Shown here piece by piece: positions 1 through 10,413 of a stretch of DNA of 48,227 bases (the stretch's first letter is position 1; each line of letters opens with the position of its first letter). Location of the stretch: the NCBI GenBank assembly GCA_964493715.1, contig CAZBPC010000017.1, forward strand, positions 1 to 48,227. The letters are read 5' to 3'. The notes below the pieces were generated by a model. It was not told where the DNA came from. It saw only the letters and a program-made list of their open reading frames with translations, and ran no database searches. This stretch comes from an uncultured archaeon. GTDB taxonomy: Archaea > Asgardarchaeota > Lokiarchaeia > Sigyniarchaeales > SOKP01. The translations under genes were made by a program, and so were the position numbers.

Positions 1-512
1 TACGTTACGATATGGAAATTGATTTAATGGACGCATTTCATGGAGGAGAAAGAAGGATATCCTATAAAAATCCTGCATCGGGGAAGCAAGAAACATTTAA
101 AGTTAAAATTCCAAGAGGAGTGCAAGATCAGCAGAAATTACGTTTAAATGGAAAAGGGATGGTCGGAACAAACGGTGGAGCTGCTGGTGATTTATATATA
201 AATATAAATATTCGTCCTGATAATAGATTTAAACTAGATGGTATTGATATATATATTGAACAAGAAATTCCTTTTACTACTGCCATGTTAGGTGGGAAGA
301 TCGAAGTTCCAGGAATAGAAAAATCGATAAGTGTAACCGTCCCTCCTTTGACTAAAGATAATACGATACTAAGATTAAAAAACAAGGGATTTTATAAAAT
401 AAATTCTGAGGAAAGAGGAAACCAACTTGTAAAAATAAATATTAAAATTCCTCAGAAATTAAGCAAGAAACAAAAGGAATTATTGGAACAATTGAAAGAA
501 ACTAATTTATAA
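1..512 (+). CDS. dnaJ: DnaJ/CbpA-type co-chaperone, C-terminal part (5' truncated by the window)
   Basis: Frame is open from the window start (RYDMEIDL...). DnaJ C-domain motifs KIPRGV, LRLNGKG, GDLYI, RGNQLV. No Zn-finger repeats between the subdomains (type II). Directly upstream of clpB. Confidence 0.85.
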   Translation, partial: RYDMEIDLMDAFHGGERRISYKNPASGKQETFKVKIPRGVQDQQKLRLNGKGMVGTNGGAAGDLYININIRPDNRFKLDGIDIYIEQEIPFTTAMLGGKIEVPGIEKSISVTVPPLTKDNTILRLKNKGFYKINSEERGNQLVKINIKIPQKLSKKQKELLEQLKETNL

Positions 513-526
513 AAGAAGGATCTCTC

Positions 527-3124
527 ATGATGAAATTTGACAAATTTACTATAAAAGTTCAAGAGGCTTTAATGAGCGCTCGTTCATTGGCTCAAACTAA
601 CGATAATCAACAAATTGAGCCCATTCACATTATTTTATCTCTACTTGAACAACAAGAGGGAATCACAAGTCCACTTCTTCAAAAGTTAGGAATAAATCTA
701 AACCAAATTCGAGTTGATTTTGAAAAAGAATTAGCTAAACTAGCCAAAGTAACTGGTTCGGGTGCTACTGATGTTGTTCTGAGTAATAATTCAGCAAGAT
801 TATTTGATCTCGCATGGAAAGAAGCTGAAACTTTGAGAGACCAATTTTTAAGCACTGAACACTTGATTCTGGCGATGTCACAAACGCAATCGAATGAAAT
901 ATCTCAAATTTTCAAAAAATTTGGTATAACTAAAGATAGATTAATGCAAGCTTTAAAAAGTGTTCGTGGCACACAAACAATAACTGATCAAGATCCTGAA
1001 GGTAAGTACCAAGCTATCGAGAAATACAGTAGGAATCTTACTGATCTAGCTCGGCGCGGCAAGATTGATCCCGTCATTGGGAGGGATGATGAAATACGAC
1101 GAGTAATGCACATTCTTTCCCGAAGAACTAAAAATAATCCTGTCTTAATTGGTGAAGCGGGAGTAGGAAAAACAGCTATCGTTGAAGGATTAGCTCAAAG
1201 AATTGCAAATAATGATGTCCCAGACTCGTTAAAGAACAAGGATTTAATTGCAATGGATTTAGCAGCGATGATTGCAGGAGCTAAATACAGGGGAGAATTT
1301 GAAGATAGATTAAAAGCTTTTATCAAAGAAGTGGAAAAAGGCGAAGGGAAATATATTTTATTCATTGATGAACTGCACACACTAGTTGGAGCTGGAGCTG
1401 CACAAGGTGCAATTGATGCATCTAACATGTTAAAACCAGCACTTGCTCGTGGAGAATTACGTGCTATTGGAGCAACCACATTAGATGAATATCGGAAATA
1501 TATTGAAAAAGATGCGGCACTAACCAGGAGATTTCAAACCGTTTTAGTGACAGAACCATCAGTAGAAGATTCAATTGCTATCTTGAGAGGTCTTAAAGAA
1601 AAATATGAAATTCATCATGGGGTTCGCATTACTGATTCAGCAATAATAGCTGCGGTAACTTTATCACATAGATATATTGCTGATAGATTCTTACCGGACA
1701 AAGCGATTGATCTCATGGATGAAGCGGCTTCAAGATTAAGGATAGAAATTGATAGTATGCCTACTGAAATTGATGAAATTGAACGAAAAATCATCCAATT
1801 AGAGATTCAGAATGAAGCTTTGAAAAAAGAGAGCGATACAAAAATTAAAGATAAAATGGTGAAAATTCAGGAAGATTTAAATAATCTGAAAGAGGAGAGC
1901 GACAAACTTAAAATCCAGTGGAAGAACGAAAAAGAAATCATATCAAGAATCAATGAAATTAAGAAAAATATGGAGCAAACCAAAATTGAAGCAGAAAAAG
2001 CAGAAAAAAGAGGAGATTTAGGAAAAGCTGCTGAACTTACATATGGAGTGTTAAATCAATTGAAAAAAGATTTAGAAAAAAATAACAATGAATTACAGGA
2101 AATCCAAAAGAATAAAACAATGTTAAAGCAAGAAGTCGATGATGAAGATATCGCTAAAATAATCTCTCAATGGACGGGGATTCCAGTCTCACGAATGCTT
2201 GAAGGAGAAAGGGAAAAATTATTAAAAATGGAACAACGCTTAAGAGAAAGGGTTATTGGTCAAGACGAAGCACTAGTTAAGATATCAAATGCTATTCGAA
2301 GGGCTAGGGCAGGAATTCAAGATCCAAATAGACCATTAGGATCGTTTATATTTTTAGGACCTACTGGTGTGGGTAAAACTGAAACTGCTAAAGCTTTAGC
2401 AGAATTTCTCTTTGATGATGAAAATGCTATGGTTAGAATTGACATGTCTGAATTCATGGAAAGACACAGTGTAGCTAGATTAATTGGAGCACCTCCTGGA
2501 TATGTCGGATATGATGAAGGAGGATATCTCACTGAAGCAGTAAGGAGAAGACCATATTCTGTTATTTTATTTGATGAAATTGAAAAAGCTCATCAAGATG
2601 TTTTTAATGTGTTACTTCAAATTCTCGATGATGGGCGTTTGACTGACGGTCATGGTAGGACTGTTGATTTTAAAAACACGATCATAATAATGACAAGCAA
2701 TATTGGAAGTCAATTTATCATAGAATCAAGAGGGCAGGATAATCAGAAAAACCAAGAGATTATTTTTAACACATTAAAGCAATATTTCAAGCCAGAATTT
2801 CTTAATCGGATTGATGAGATAATCATATTCAATTTCTTGGAAAAATCACAAATAAAGAACATTGTTGATATTCAAATTACCAAATTAAATAAAACGCTTG
2901 CAGAACATAAGTTAAAAATAGTGTTAACGGAAAAAGCTAAGGACTTTCTAGCCGAAAAAGGATTTGATCCAGATTTTGGAGCTCGCCCCTTGAAGCGTGC
3001 TATTCAAAATTACATCCAAAATCAATTATCCTTAAAATTATTAGAAGGAGAATTTGTAGAAGGGGAATTGATTGAAGTTGATTTAAAAGATCAAAAAATT
3101 TCATTTAAGAAAGTTGGGAAGTAA
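527..3124 (+). CDS. clpB: ATP-dependent disaggregase ClpB
   Basis: 865 aa. Two AAA+ modules ([14 protein letters not shown] and [17 protein letters not shown]), a coiled-coil M domain, and the GAPPGYVG and FGARPLKR motifs. Confidence 0.97.
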   Translation: MMKFDKFTIKVQEALMSARSLAQTNDNQQIEPIHIILSLLEQQEGITSPLLQKLGINLNQIRVDFEKELAKLAKVTGSGATDVVLSNNSARLFDLAWKEAETLRDQFLSTEHLILAMSQTQSNEISQIFKKFGITKDRLMQALKSVRGTQTITDQDPEGKYQAIEKYSRNLTDLARRGKIDPVIGRDDEIRRVMHILSRRTKNNPVLIGEAGVGKTAIVEGLAQRIANNDVPDSLKNKDLIAMDLAAMIAGAKYRGEFEDRLKAFIKEVEKGEGKYILFIDELHTLVGAGAAQGAIDASNMLKPALARGELRAIGATTLDEYRKYIEKDAALTRRFQTVLVTEPSVEDSIAILRGLKEKYEIHHGVRITDSAIIAAVTLSHRYIADRFLPDKAIDLMDEAASRLRIEIDSMPTEIDEIERKIIQLEIQNEALKKESDTKIKDKMVKIQEDLNNLKEESDKLKIQWKNEKEIISRINEIKKNMEQTKIEAEKAEKRGDLGKAAELTYGVLNQLKKDLEKNNNELQEIQKNKTMLKQEVDDEDIAKIISQWTGIPVSRMLEGEREKLLKMEQRLRERVIGQDEALVKISNAIRRARAGIQDPNRPLGSFIFLGPTGVGKTETAKALAEFLFDDENAMVRIDMSEFMERHSVARLIGAPPGYVGYDEGGYLTEAVRRRPYSVILFDEIEKAHQDVFNVLLQILDDGRLTDGHGRTVDFKNTIIIMTSNIGSQFIIESRGQDNQKNQEIIFNTLKQYFKPEFLNRIDEIIIFNFLEKSQIKNIVDIQITKLNKTLAEHKLKIVLTEKAKDFLAEKGFDPDFGARPLKRAIQNYIQNQLSLKLLEGEFVEGELIEVDLKDQKISFKKVGK

Positions 3125-3322
3125 TAGTATTTTTTTATTATCTATTACCTAAACCTATTCAAATCTTTACTTTCAAACATTTTTAAAGGTTCTAATCATC
3201 TCATTAAAATAACACTTTCATATATTCTCCTCTCAAATCTAAATAAAAAGAGAAGTGATTTATATCAAATCATATATAATCATAGAACATTATGAAAAAT
3301 AACCAAGCGAAAATTGATTTTT

Positions 3323-4309
3323 ATGACCTCGTTTAGAGAATTAGGATTGAGAAATACTAAAATAATGTTTGAAGTTGCATTAAAGAACAAATTTGCTATT
3401 CCTGGATATAATGCTAGCAATCTGGAGCAGATGCAAGCAATTATTACGGGATGTGGGGAATCATATTCTCCTGTTATTGTCCAAATCAATTCAATTTCCT
3501 TGAATTATGCTAATCCGATTATTCTGAAATATCTTACTAAGGGACTTGTCGAATTCAGCAAAAGAAATGGATGGAATATCCCTATTGCATTACATCTAGA
3601 TCACGGGAAAACCTTTGAAGAATGTAAATCATGCATAGATCGTGGATTTTCAAGCGTTATGATTGATGGTAGTCATTTAGACTATGAAAGCAACATTAAG
3701 ATAACAAGAGAAGTTGTCAAATATGCTAAAGAATTGGATGTAAATGTTGAAGCCGAATTAGGAGTAGTAGAAAGAATTGATAAAAATCAAGAAAGATCCA
3801 CTCCTAAATTCACAGATCCAGAAAAGGCGGAAGATTTTGTAAAGAGAACGGAATGCGATTCTTTAGCAATCGCAATTGGTACTTCTCATGGCGCCTATAA
3901 ATTCCTAGTGGAAAAAGAATCAGATATACCTGATTTAAGATTTGATATCCTTAAAGAAATAAGAAGACGATTGGAAAATTATCCCATCGTACTCCACGGT
4001 GCTTCCTCAGTTTTGAAAGCACATATTGACATTATAAATTCAAACGGAGGCTCAATTACCCAAGCTTTTGGAGTTCCAGAATCTCAATTACGCAAAGCTT
4101 CTCAATTAGGAGTATGCAAAATTAACATTGCTACAGATAATCGCTTATTATTCACAGCAATGGTAAGAAAATATTTGCAGGAGCATCCAGATCATTTCGA
4201 TCCAAGGCAATATTTGGGTCTGGCTCGTGAAGAAATCATAAAAATGGTAAAAAGAAAAAATAAAGAAGTATTGGGTTCTACAAATCAAGCTAAATTTATT
4301 TTGGAATAA
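3323..4309 (+). CDS. fba: Class II fructose-bisphosphate aldolase (ATG at 3323 preferred over TTG at 3314)
   Basis: LHLDHG, SSVMIDGS, VEAELG, AIGTSHGAYK, VLHGASS and KINIATD motifs. Confidence 0.92.
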   Translation: MTSFRELGLRNTKIMFEVALKNKFAIPGYNASNLEQMQAIITGCGESYSPVIVQINSISLNYANPIILKYLTKGLVEFSKRNGWNIPIALHLDHGKTFEECKSCIDRGFSSVMIDGSHLDYESNIKITREVVKYAKELDVNVEAELGVVERIDKNQERSTPKFTDPEKAEDFVKRTECDSLAIAIGTSHGAYKFLVEKESDIPDLRFDILKEIRRRLENYPIVLHGASSVLKAHIDIINSNGGSITQAFGVPESQLRKASQLGVCKINIATDNRLLFTAMVRKYLQEHPDHFDPRQYLGLAREEIIKMVKRKNKEVLGSTNQAKFILE

Positions 4310-4311
4310 TT

Positions 4312-4698
4312 TTATCGATTTTTTAATAGAAATTCCATAAATAAAATTACCATTATGAGATCAACGCTTCCAAGCAAAACTATTAATACATTTAAGTCTC
4401 CGATAAAAAAATAAATCAGGCTCATTAGGAAAAAGGATAGCTTAGCTAAACCTCCAACAAGTACTAACCCATGATTTTTTGAAATATCACGACTGACCAT
4501 AATATATCCTACACCTAACAGTGCTATTAAAATTAGAGATAATTGCAACCAAACCATGCTGGGAGGTATCGCAACTCCGAATACAGGGAAAAGATCAGTA
4601 GCAACAATAGATATCAAAATGAAAGTCACTGAATTTATGATATTATACAATGCAGCAACAATAAACAATATTTTATAATACTTTTCTTTATTCATCAA
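4312..4698 (-). CDS. Hypothetical membrane protein (about 4 TM helices)
   Basis: 128 aa with four hydrophobic stretches. Confidence 0.7.
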   Translation of the reverse strand: MMNKEKYYKILFIVAALYNIINSVTFILISIVATDLFPVFGVAIPPSMVWLQLSLILIALLGVGYIMVSRDISKNHGLVLVGGLAKLSFFLMSLIYFFIGDLNVLIVLLGSVDLIMVILFMEFLLKNR

Positions 4699-4785
4699 TT
4701 TTCATCTCATTATAATTGATTGATTTTAATTAAATGTGGTCTTATTTATTAACATTCTAAAATTCTATTTTAAACTGATTAGAAA

Positions 4786-5358
4786 ATGTCAGAAGAGAAG
4801 ATGTTTTTCATAGATCCCCACCTAATTGATCTGACCAATGTGGAATTGAATGGAAGAATATTAGACATTGGAGGTGGAGGTGAGGGAGTTATTGGTATTT
4901 ATAAAGGAACTCAGGTAATTGCAATAGATCGTAGAAAGAGTGAATTAGAAGAAGCTGTGGACGGAAATTATTTGAAAATTATCATGGATGCGAAGGATTT
5001 GAAATTTTTAGATGAAACTTTTGAGACTGTCACAGCATTTTACATGTTCATGTATGTTCCAATGGAGGATCGCCAAGAAATTTTTAAAGAGATTTACCGT
5101 ATATTGAAAAAGGGTGGACAATTGGTTATATGGGATATGGTCATCCTAAAAAAAAGAGATAGTAACAAAGAACTATATGGTGCAAAAGTAAAAGTAAGAA
5201 TAGGAGAGAGAGAAATTGATACCGTTTATGGCACGCATTGGAATAAGGAACAAAATCTTAAATATTTCATTGATCTTGGGAATAATATAGGATTCAAAGT
5301 ATCCTCCAAGGAAGAGGTTGACAAGAAAATCTTCATCAGATTTTATAAGCCATATTAA
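4786..5358 (+). CDS. Class I SAM-dependent methyltransferase
   Basis: ILDIGGGGEG motif I, DAKDLKFLDETFE and EIYRILKKGG. Confidence 0.88.
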   Translation: MSEEKMFFIDPHLIDLTNVELNGRILDIGGGGEGVIGIYKGTQVIAIDRRKSELEEAVDGNYLKIIMDAKDLKFLDETFETVTAFYMFMYVPMEDRQEIFKEIYRILKKGGQLVIWDMVILKKRDSNKELYGAKVKVRIGEREIDTVYGTHWNKEQNLKYFIDLGNNIGFKVSSKEEVDKKIFIRFYKPY

Positions 5359-5479
5359 ATAATTTTTCAAATTTATTCACTAAGTTTAGATTCTTATTAT
5401 GATATCATAGGTTGGCAAATCTTACAAGAAAACAAATAAATATGGGGAAGAAGATTAATAATTATAGGTATAAGGTTTT

Positions 5480-5944
5480 GTGATTATTACTCTATTGAAT
5501 TCTATGGTTAACTATGAACCTTTAAGCTCGTTAATTTCAATTTTAGAACAAGAAGATGATAAGTTCATCCCGGTTTTGGAGAGAATCATTAAGGCAGGAA
5601 TAAAAATAGTAAATAATGCAGAAGAACTTCGAGAAGAATTATCGGGTTATGATGACATTTATCAAACCAGTATACTCGATGTAGGTTATAATTATTGGCT
5701 TGATGTATTAGAGGGTAAATTATTCTACAAAAAAGGGTTCAATCCTGAAGCAAAATTCAAGGTAAGTTATACCAAGGAGTTAATAATTAATATTTTAAAA
5801 GGCAAAATTAGTGGAACAGATGCTTTTATGAAAGGTCAGTTAAGAGTCGAGGGAGATCTTTCTCAAGGTTTGCATTATGTTAAAATTTTTAGGCTTTTTG
5901 TTAAGTATCTCAAGAAAAAAAATGGTATGGATCGTACTAAATAG
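5480..5944 (+). CDS. SCP2 sterol/lipid-binding domain protein
   Basis: C-terminal GKISGTDAFMKGQLRVEGDL signature of the SCP2 fold. Confidence 0.8.
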   Translation: MIITLLNSMVNYEPLSSLISILEQEDDKFIPVLERIIKAGIKIVNNAEELREELSGYDDIYQTSILDVGYNYWLDVLEGKLFYKKGFNPEAKFKVSYTKELIINILKGKISGTDAFMKGQLRVEGDLSQGLHYVKIFRLFVKYLKKKNGMDRTK

Positions 5945-6048
5945 ATATTATATAACTATTTATAGTACCGAATTTTATTACGATCATAGATTTAACGCCA
6001 ATACTCCAAATTTGGTAGATTCACATTAAAAACACTTTATCAACTTCT

Positions 6049-6498
6049 ATGATAGACACGAAAGTTATTGTTTCCGTATTGGATTCACTAGAAACCTCCG
6101 AAGATAAATTTCGAAGTTCCTTAGATAAATTCATTAAAGTGGGAATCAAAATTGCAAATGATGCTGAAGAAATTACAGATGAACTACGGTTGTATAATGA
6201 TTTAATCTTTCATTTGTATATTACAGATCTCGACCTAAATATATGGATAAAAAGTGTTGATGGTTTTCTCAGTTATAATAATAATCTTTATGAAATCATT
6301 CCTGAAAATGTACATATGATTCACTCCTTTCTTTCGAAAAAAATTATCGCAAAAATCTTAAGACAAGAAATGACCGCTGCTGAAGCGTATCTCAAGGGGT
6401 TTATTCAATTAGAAGGTAAAATCTCTGATGCTATAATATCGAAAAACATATTAAATTTATTTTTCTCATATATCAATTATTTCATGAAACGCGAGTAA
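6049..6498 (+). CDS. SCP2-like protein, paralog of the upstream gene
   Basis: MTAAEAYLKGFIQLEGKI. Shares the EDKF..KxGIKIxNxAEE N-terminal motif with 5480..5944. Confidence 0.72.
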   Translation: MIDTKVIVSVLDSLETSEDKFRSSLDKFIKVGIKIANDAEEITDELRLYNDLIFHLYITDLDLNIWIKSVDGFLSYNNNLYEIIPENVHMIHSFLSKKIIAKILRQEMTAAEAYLKGFIQLEGKISDAIISKNILNLFFSYINYFMKRE

Positions 6499-6566
6499 TA
6501 AAGCTCATAATTTAACCTGTTTTACTTATATTCGATTAAGTCATTAAATTTAAAGTATATAGGATC

Positions 6567-6959
6567 ATGGTTGTAAAGTTATTTAAAAAACGCCAAGAAG
6601 AAATCATGCAAAAATTCGAAGGTCAGAATGTTCTAGGAGCTTTCGGAAGTGCTAATTTCTTCGGATTAGAGTCAAAAGGCGTTAAGCAAGTCAGAGGGAA
6701 TGGGGTCCTCGTTTTAACTGAAGATAAACTATATTATGAAATGTGGGTAAAACCCAAAACAATAATCGAAATTCCCATTAAATTGATTAAAAAAGTCGAT
6801 ATTGTGAAATCACACTTACATAAAAGCAAGTTTAAACCCTTATTGAAGGTTATTTTTATCAATAGATTAGGTGAAGTAGATTCTGTTGCTTGGATGGTAA
6901 AAAATATTACTGAATGGAAAGAGACACTCGAGAATTTAATTCAAAACCAAAAAGGATAG
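6567..6959 (+). CDS. Hypothetical protein, possible PH/GRAM-like fold
   Basis: GNGVLVLTEDKLYY...IEIPIKLIKKV pattern and a C-terminal helix with Trp (EWKETL), as in PH-like domains. Confidence 0.5.
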   Translation: MVVKLFKKRQEEIMQKFEGQNVLGAFGSANFFGLESKGVKQVRGNGVLVLTEDKLYYEMWVKPKTIIEIPIKLIKKVDIVKSHLHKSKFKPLLKVIFINRLGEVDSVAWMVKNITEWKETLENLIQNQKG

Positions 6960-7011
6960 TAAAATTTTTTAGAGGTCAACCATAAAAATAATATGACTTT
7001 ACTATTTTTTT

Positions 7012-7086
7012 GGGCCCGTAATCTAGCATGGATAGGGTACCCGCCTTCGGAGCGGGATTTCGCAGGTTCAAATCCTGCCGGGCTCA
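7012..7086 (+). tRNA. tRNA-Arg(TCG)
   Basis: Acceptor GGGCCCG/CGGGCTC. Anticodon arm CCCGC-CTTCGGA-GCGGG. T-arm GCAGG-TTCAAAT-CCTGC. No intron, no encoded CCA. Confidence 0.95.
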
Positions 7087-7498
7087 TTTACTATGATTAA
7101 ATAGATTTTAAGGCATTTTGAACAAGATTTTTTCTCTTAGAACTTGTCCGTGTGATCTAATCCCTATTTTATTAAAAAAATGTTCTAATAACTATAATTA
7201 GAAATGAAACCCCAAAAGTGATTCACATAATTGGTTTTTTATAATTTCTTTTAGTTATATTCTTTATTTCTTGTTTTTTGTTTACAAAAAATGTGAACTT
7301 TTTATCATATTTTTAATTAATAAAATGCCTATTTAGATTTTGTTATTGTTTATAAAGGGTTTTGGGAGAGAATAAGATTTTTAATCGTACAAATTATTTG
7401 TGAAAACAAAAAGCTTTAAATATGCAAAGAAATTAATAGTTTATTAGCACAAAAAAAATATTATTGACACAAACAAAACTTTTTACCACAAATTAAAA

Positions 7499-7933
7499 AT
7501 GATTGTGTTAGAAGATCCTTTTTTAAAAGTTTCACATGCTGCTATTTCAGCGTTTTTTATTGTCAGTAGTGCAGGGCATTCATTATTTTCTAAGATTAAT
7601 GCTGAGAATGATCTTTTGAAAAAAAACATCATTCAAATTGGAGGATTTATATCCGCAATATTTATCTTTTCAAGCGAATTGATTGGACTGGAATCAGGTG
7701 ATCATCTTAAAGCAATAAGTTTTAAAAATCATCAATTTCTTGTTAAAATGAAGGATGATATCATTTTCGCATGTCTCACCGAAAGAAATGATTCAAAAGA
7801 GATAAAAAAAAACATCGATCTGATTGCAGAGAAATTTTTGGATCTTTATGAAGAGCGAGTAAAGAATTTTGATGGAGATGTAAGCGCTTTTAATGAATTT
7901 GAGTGCGTGATCGATAAGTATTTCAAAATTTAA
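7499..7933 (+). CDS. Longin-like small protein (Asgard eukaryotic-signature type)
   Basis: FIVSSAGHSLFS strand-turn, IGGFISAIFIFSSEL helix and a C-terminal AEKFLDLY..FDGDVSAFNEF. This pattern is typical of Asgard longin-like proteins. Confidence 0.6.
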   Translation: MIVLEDPFLKVSHAAISAFFIVSSAGHSLFSKINAENDLLKKNIIQIGGFISAIFIFSSELIGLESGDHLKAISFKNHQFLVKMKDDIIFACLTERNDSKEIKKNIDLIAEKFLDLYEERVKNFDGDVSAFNEFECVIDKYFKI

Positions 7934-8001
7934 GGATTTGACCACGAAAAGATAATTATAGGCATATATATTTAAGACTATAATTTATATTTATCATAAT
8001 C

Positions 8002-8361
8002 ATGACGGTTCTATTTAATTCAGAATCTATTTTAAATAATTTGATTGACGAATTTGGATCGTCAGTTTATTTCATATTAATAACGTCTCTGAATGGGGTC
8101 GTGATGAAATCCTACATAAATGAGGAGGAATTTAATAAAGCGTCCATTTCTTTAAACATATCTCAACTTTATGAATTGGCAGAAGAAACTGCAGAATCAA
8201 TTGGATTACATGGTCCTGATTTTAATATTATTCATTCAGATAATTATTATATTTTAACAATTAAATTACTCGAGAGATTAATTATCCTTCTCACAGTGGA
8301 TCAAATAAAAGTTGAGGCTGTATTCAGCACTATAAATAAATCTGTGAATGTTGAATCTTGA
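8002..8361 (+). CDS. Roadblock/LAMTOR-like small protein
   Basis: 119 aa with helix-ILITSLNGVVMKS-helix-three strands-helix topology. Confidence 0.5.
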   Translation: MTVLFNSESILNNLIDEFGSSVYFILITSLNGVVMKSYINEEEFNKASISLNISQLYELAEETAESIGLHGPDFNIIHSDNYYILTIKLLERLIILLTVDQIKVEAVFSTINKSVNVES

Positions 8362-8405
8362 GAATTTTTTTAAGGAATTTCTATAAAATACATTAATTAT
8401 AGATC

Positions 8406-8439
8406 AATTTCAAATATTGGTCTATTCAACTAATAAGTA
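8406..8439 (+). promoter_or_regulatory. 34-bp upstream element, copy 1 (identical to 9737-9770)
   Basis: AATTTCAAATATTGGTCTATTCAACTAATAAGTA, at the same distance from the conserved YKRNQY codons in both paralogs. Confidence 0.7.
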
Positions 8440-8485
8440 TGTTCATGAATTTTATAAAGTAGAATTTAATATTAGGATGTGATAA

Positions 8486-8995
8486 TTGTTGACTTACAAA
8501 AGAAATCAATATTCAGAAGGTTTCAGTATATGCGGTTTGATTATCGCAGGAATTTTTCTCTATTGGGGGTTTAATTCACTTTTTGAGGGTTTTTGGTTCG
8601 GAATCGGACATCATCCAATAAATCTATGGTGGATGGGTTTCATTTGGATTTTTATTGGATTAGCGATAATTTCAGGGCAAATTCATGCACTGTCGAACAG
8701 AAATAATTTAAGAAATATTGTTAAAGGTTATTTTATTGATAATCCAAATGCTAGTGTAGAAGAAATTGCTGCTGCCTTAGGGATTACAATTAAAGATGTA
8801 CGTGCGATCATATTGGATTTAAAAGCACGTGGAGAATTGAGGGGTAAATTCTCAACGAAAACCGGTCAAATGAAAACGGTTTTAAAAGATGAGCAAACTC
8901 CTGAACCGCAAAAACATACTTTTTGTCCAAATTGTGGCACTCCTGTTAAAGAAGGAAGTGCAGTATATTGTGCTTATTGTGGATCGAGGTTATGA
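8486..8995 (+). CDS. 2-TM + winged-helix + zinc-ribbon protein (paralog 1)
   Basis: Two hydrophobic segments, HTH-like NPNASVEEIAAALGITIKDVR and C-terminal CPNCG...CAYCG. Confidence 0.75.
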   Translation: MLTYKRNQYSEGFSICGLIIAGIFLYWGFNSLFEGFWFGIGHHPINLWWMGFIWIFIGLAIISGQIHALSNRNNLRNIVKGYFIDNPNASVEEIAAALGITIKDVRAIILDLKARGELRGKFSTKTGQMKTVLKDEQTPEPQKHTFCPNCGTPVKEGSAVYCAYCGSRL

Positions 8996-9086
8996 AATTA
9001 TCTCTTTTTTTATTATTATATAAATTATATTAATCTAAATTGAAATAAAAAGAAATGAATTTATATAATAAAAAAATTTAAAAAAA

Positions 9087-9554
9087 TTATTTTGCTATTA
9101 GCACATCTACATTAACATGATTAATGATATATTCAGGAATAGTTCCTAATATGGTACGTCTTAATATTGAATGTTCTCCTTTACAGCCAAGTACAACAAG
9201 GTCAAAATTCTCTTCCTTTACTTTGTTTTCAATATAATATTGGGGACCTAAGTCGTAAATAATCCTCGCATCAACCTCAAATCCTGAATCTTTGAATTTC
9301 TTCTTTATATCCGCCAAAAGCTTTATCTCTTGTTTTGCTCTATCGTGTTGTACTTCATATGTTAAATTTCCGTCAGGTGTTGAATTAAATCCAAAACTAG
9401 GTCTCAAATCAGAAATATGATGCAAAACTGAATGGAATATAACTACTTCAGCACCACTTTCTTTTTGCATCTCTAATACTTTCTCAACTGCTTTCATTGA
9501 ATTCTCAGAATCATCAATACCTAAAAGTAATTTTTTATACATGATAATCATCAC
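9087..9554 (-). CDS. Universal stress protein (UspA family)
   Basis: YKKLLLGIDDSENS, DLVVLGCKG, ILGTIPEYI and DVLIAK. Confidence 0.9.
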   Translation of the reverse strand: MMIIMYKKLLLGIDDSENSMKAVEKVLEMQKESGAEVVIFHSVLHHISDLRPSFGFNSTPDGNLTYEVQHDRAKQEIKLLADIKKKFKDSGFEVDARIIYDLGPQYYIENKVKEENFDLVVLGCKGEHSILRRTILGTIPEYIINHVNVDVLIAK

Positions 9555-9736
9555 TTATTTATATTATAAATACAAATAGCGTGTTTAAATCTTGGTCTTA
9601 TAAATTATTGAGTTAATCAGTCCTATAAATTAGGATTAAAAAGTTGAAATGTTATTATATAAATTGAATATAAATCAGTCCCTTGTATTTTATACATTGT
9701 TTCAGAGATTTATTTGAATATAATATATTATTTATA

Positions 9737-9770
9737 AATTTCAAATATTGGTCTATTCAACTAATAAGTA
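9737..9770 (+). promoter_or_regulatory. 34-bp upstream element, copy 2
   Basis: Identical to 8406-8439. Confidence 0.7.
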
Positions 9771-9810
9771 GGATCATAAATTGTAAAGTGTAACAATAAA
9801 AATTGAAAAG

Positions 9811-10317
9811 TTGATTAAAATTAAATATAAAAGGAATCAATACTCTGAAGGCTTTTCTATCTGTTCTTTAATTATTGCAGGAATGTTTTTCTATTGGAGT
9901 TATACTTTACTCTCCAATAGTTTCATCAATTGGTGGGGATATATATTGCTAGCTATAGGCATTGCCATTGTTGGAAGCCAGATTAATGCTCTAACCAATC
10001 GTAGCAAGCTTCGAAATGTCGTTTCTCATGAATTTACAGTTAATCCCAATGTTTCTGTCGAGGAAATTAGTGCAATTACAGGAATTTCAGTAAAAGATAT
10101 AAGAGCTATTATACTGGACTTAAAAGCAGATGGCAGATTGAGAGGAAAATTCTCTACTACTACTGGAGAAGCTAAATCAATGGAAGTATTTCAATCTAAA
10201 CCAGTTCAAGCATCAGAACCTCCGGTTGAAGAGAAAAATTTATTCTGTCCAAACTGTGGTACGCCAGTATCACGGGATTCAGCAGTCTATTGCGCTTACT
10301 GTGGATCTAAACTATAA
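9811..10317 (+). CDS. 2-TM + winged-helix + zinc-ribbon protein (paralog 2)
   Basis: Shares YKRNQYSEGFSIC, RAIILDLKAxGxLRGKFST and FCPNCGTPV..SAVYCAYCGS with 8486..8995. Confidence 0.75.
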   Translation: MIKIKYKRNQYSEGFSICSLIIAGMFFYWSYTLLSNSFINWWGYILLAIGIAIVGSQINALTNRSKLRNVVSHEFTVNPNVSVEEISAITGISVKDIRAIILDLKADGRLRGKFSTTTGEAKSMEVFQSKPVQASEPPVEEKNLFCPNCGTPVSRDSAVYCAYCGSKL

Positions 10318-10413
10318 ATCAATTTTTTTTCCGTCTTTTTCTTTATTTTTAATCCTTGAGTTATTGCTCAAATTTAAAAAAGAATAAATTAATTTTTAAA
10401 ATTTCATAGGTTT

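Noticed and set aside
128-2532. Antisense ORFs within dnaJ and clpB, and similar ones inside ftsY, cocE, rpl31e, eutA, the permease and the nitroreductase
   Set aside because: They are shadow frames of well-supported genes and have no motifs of their own.
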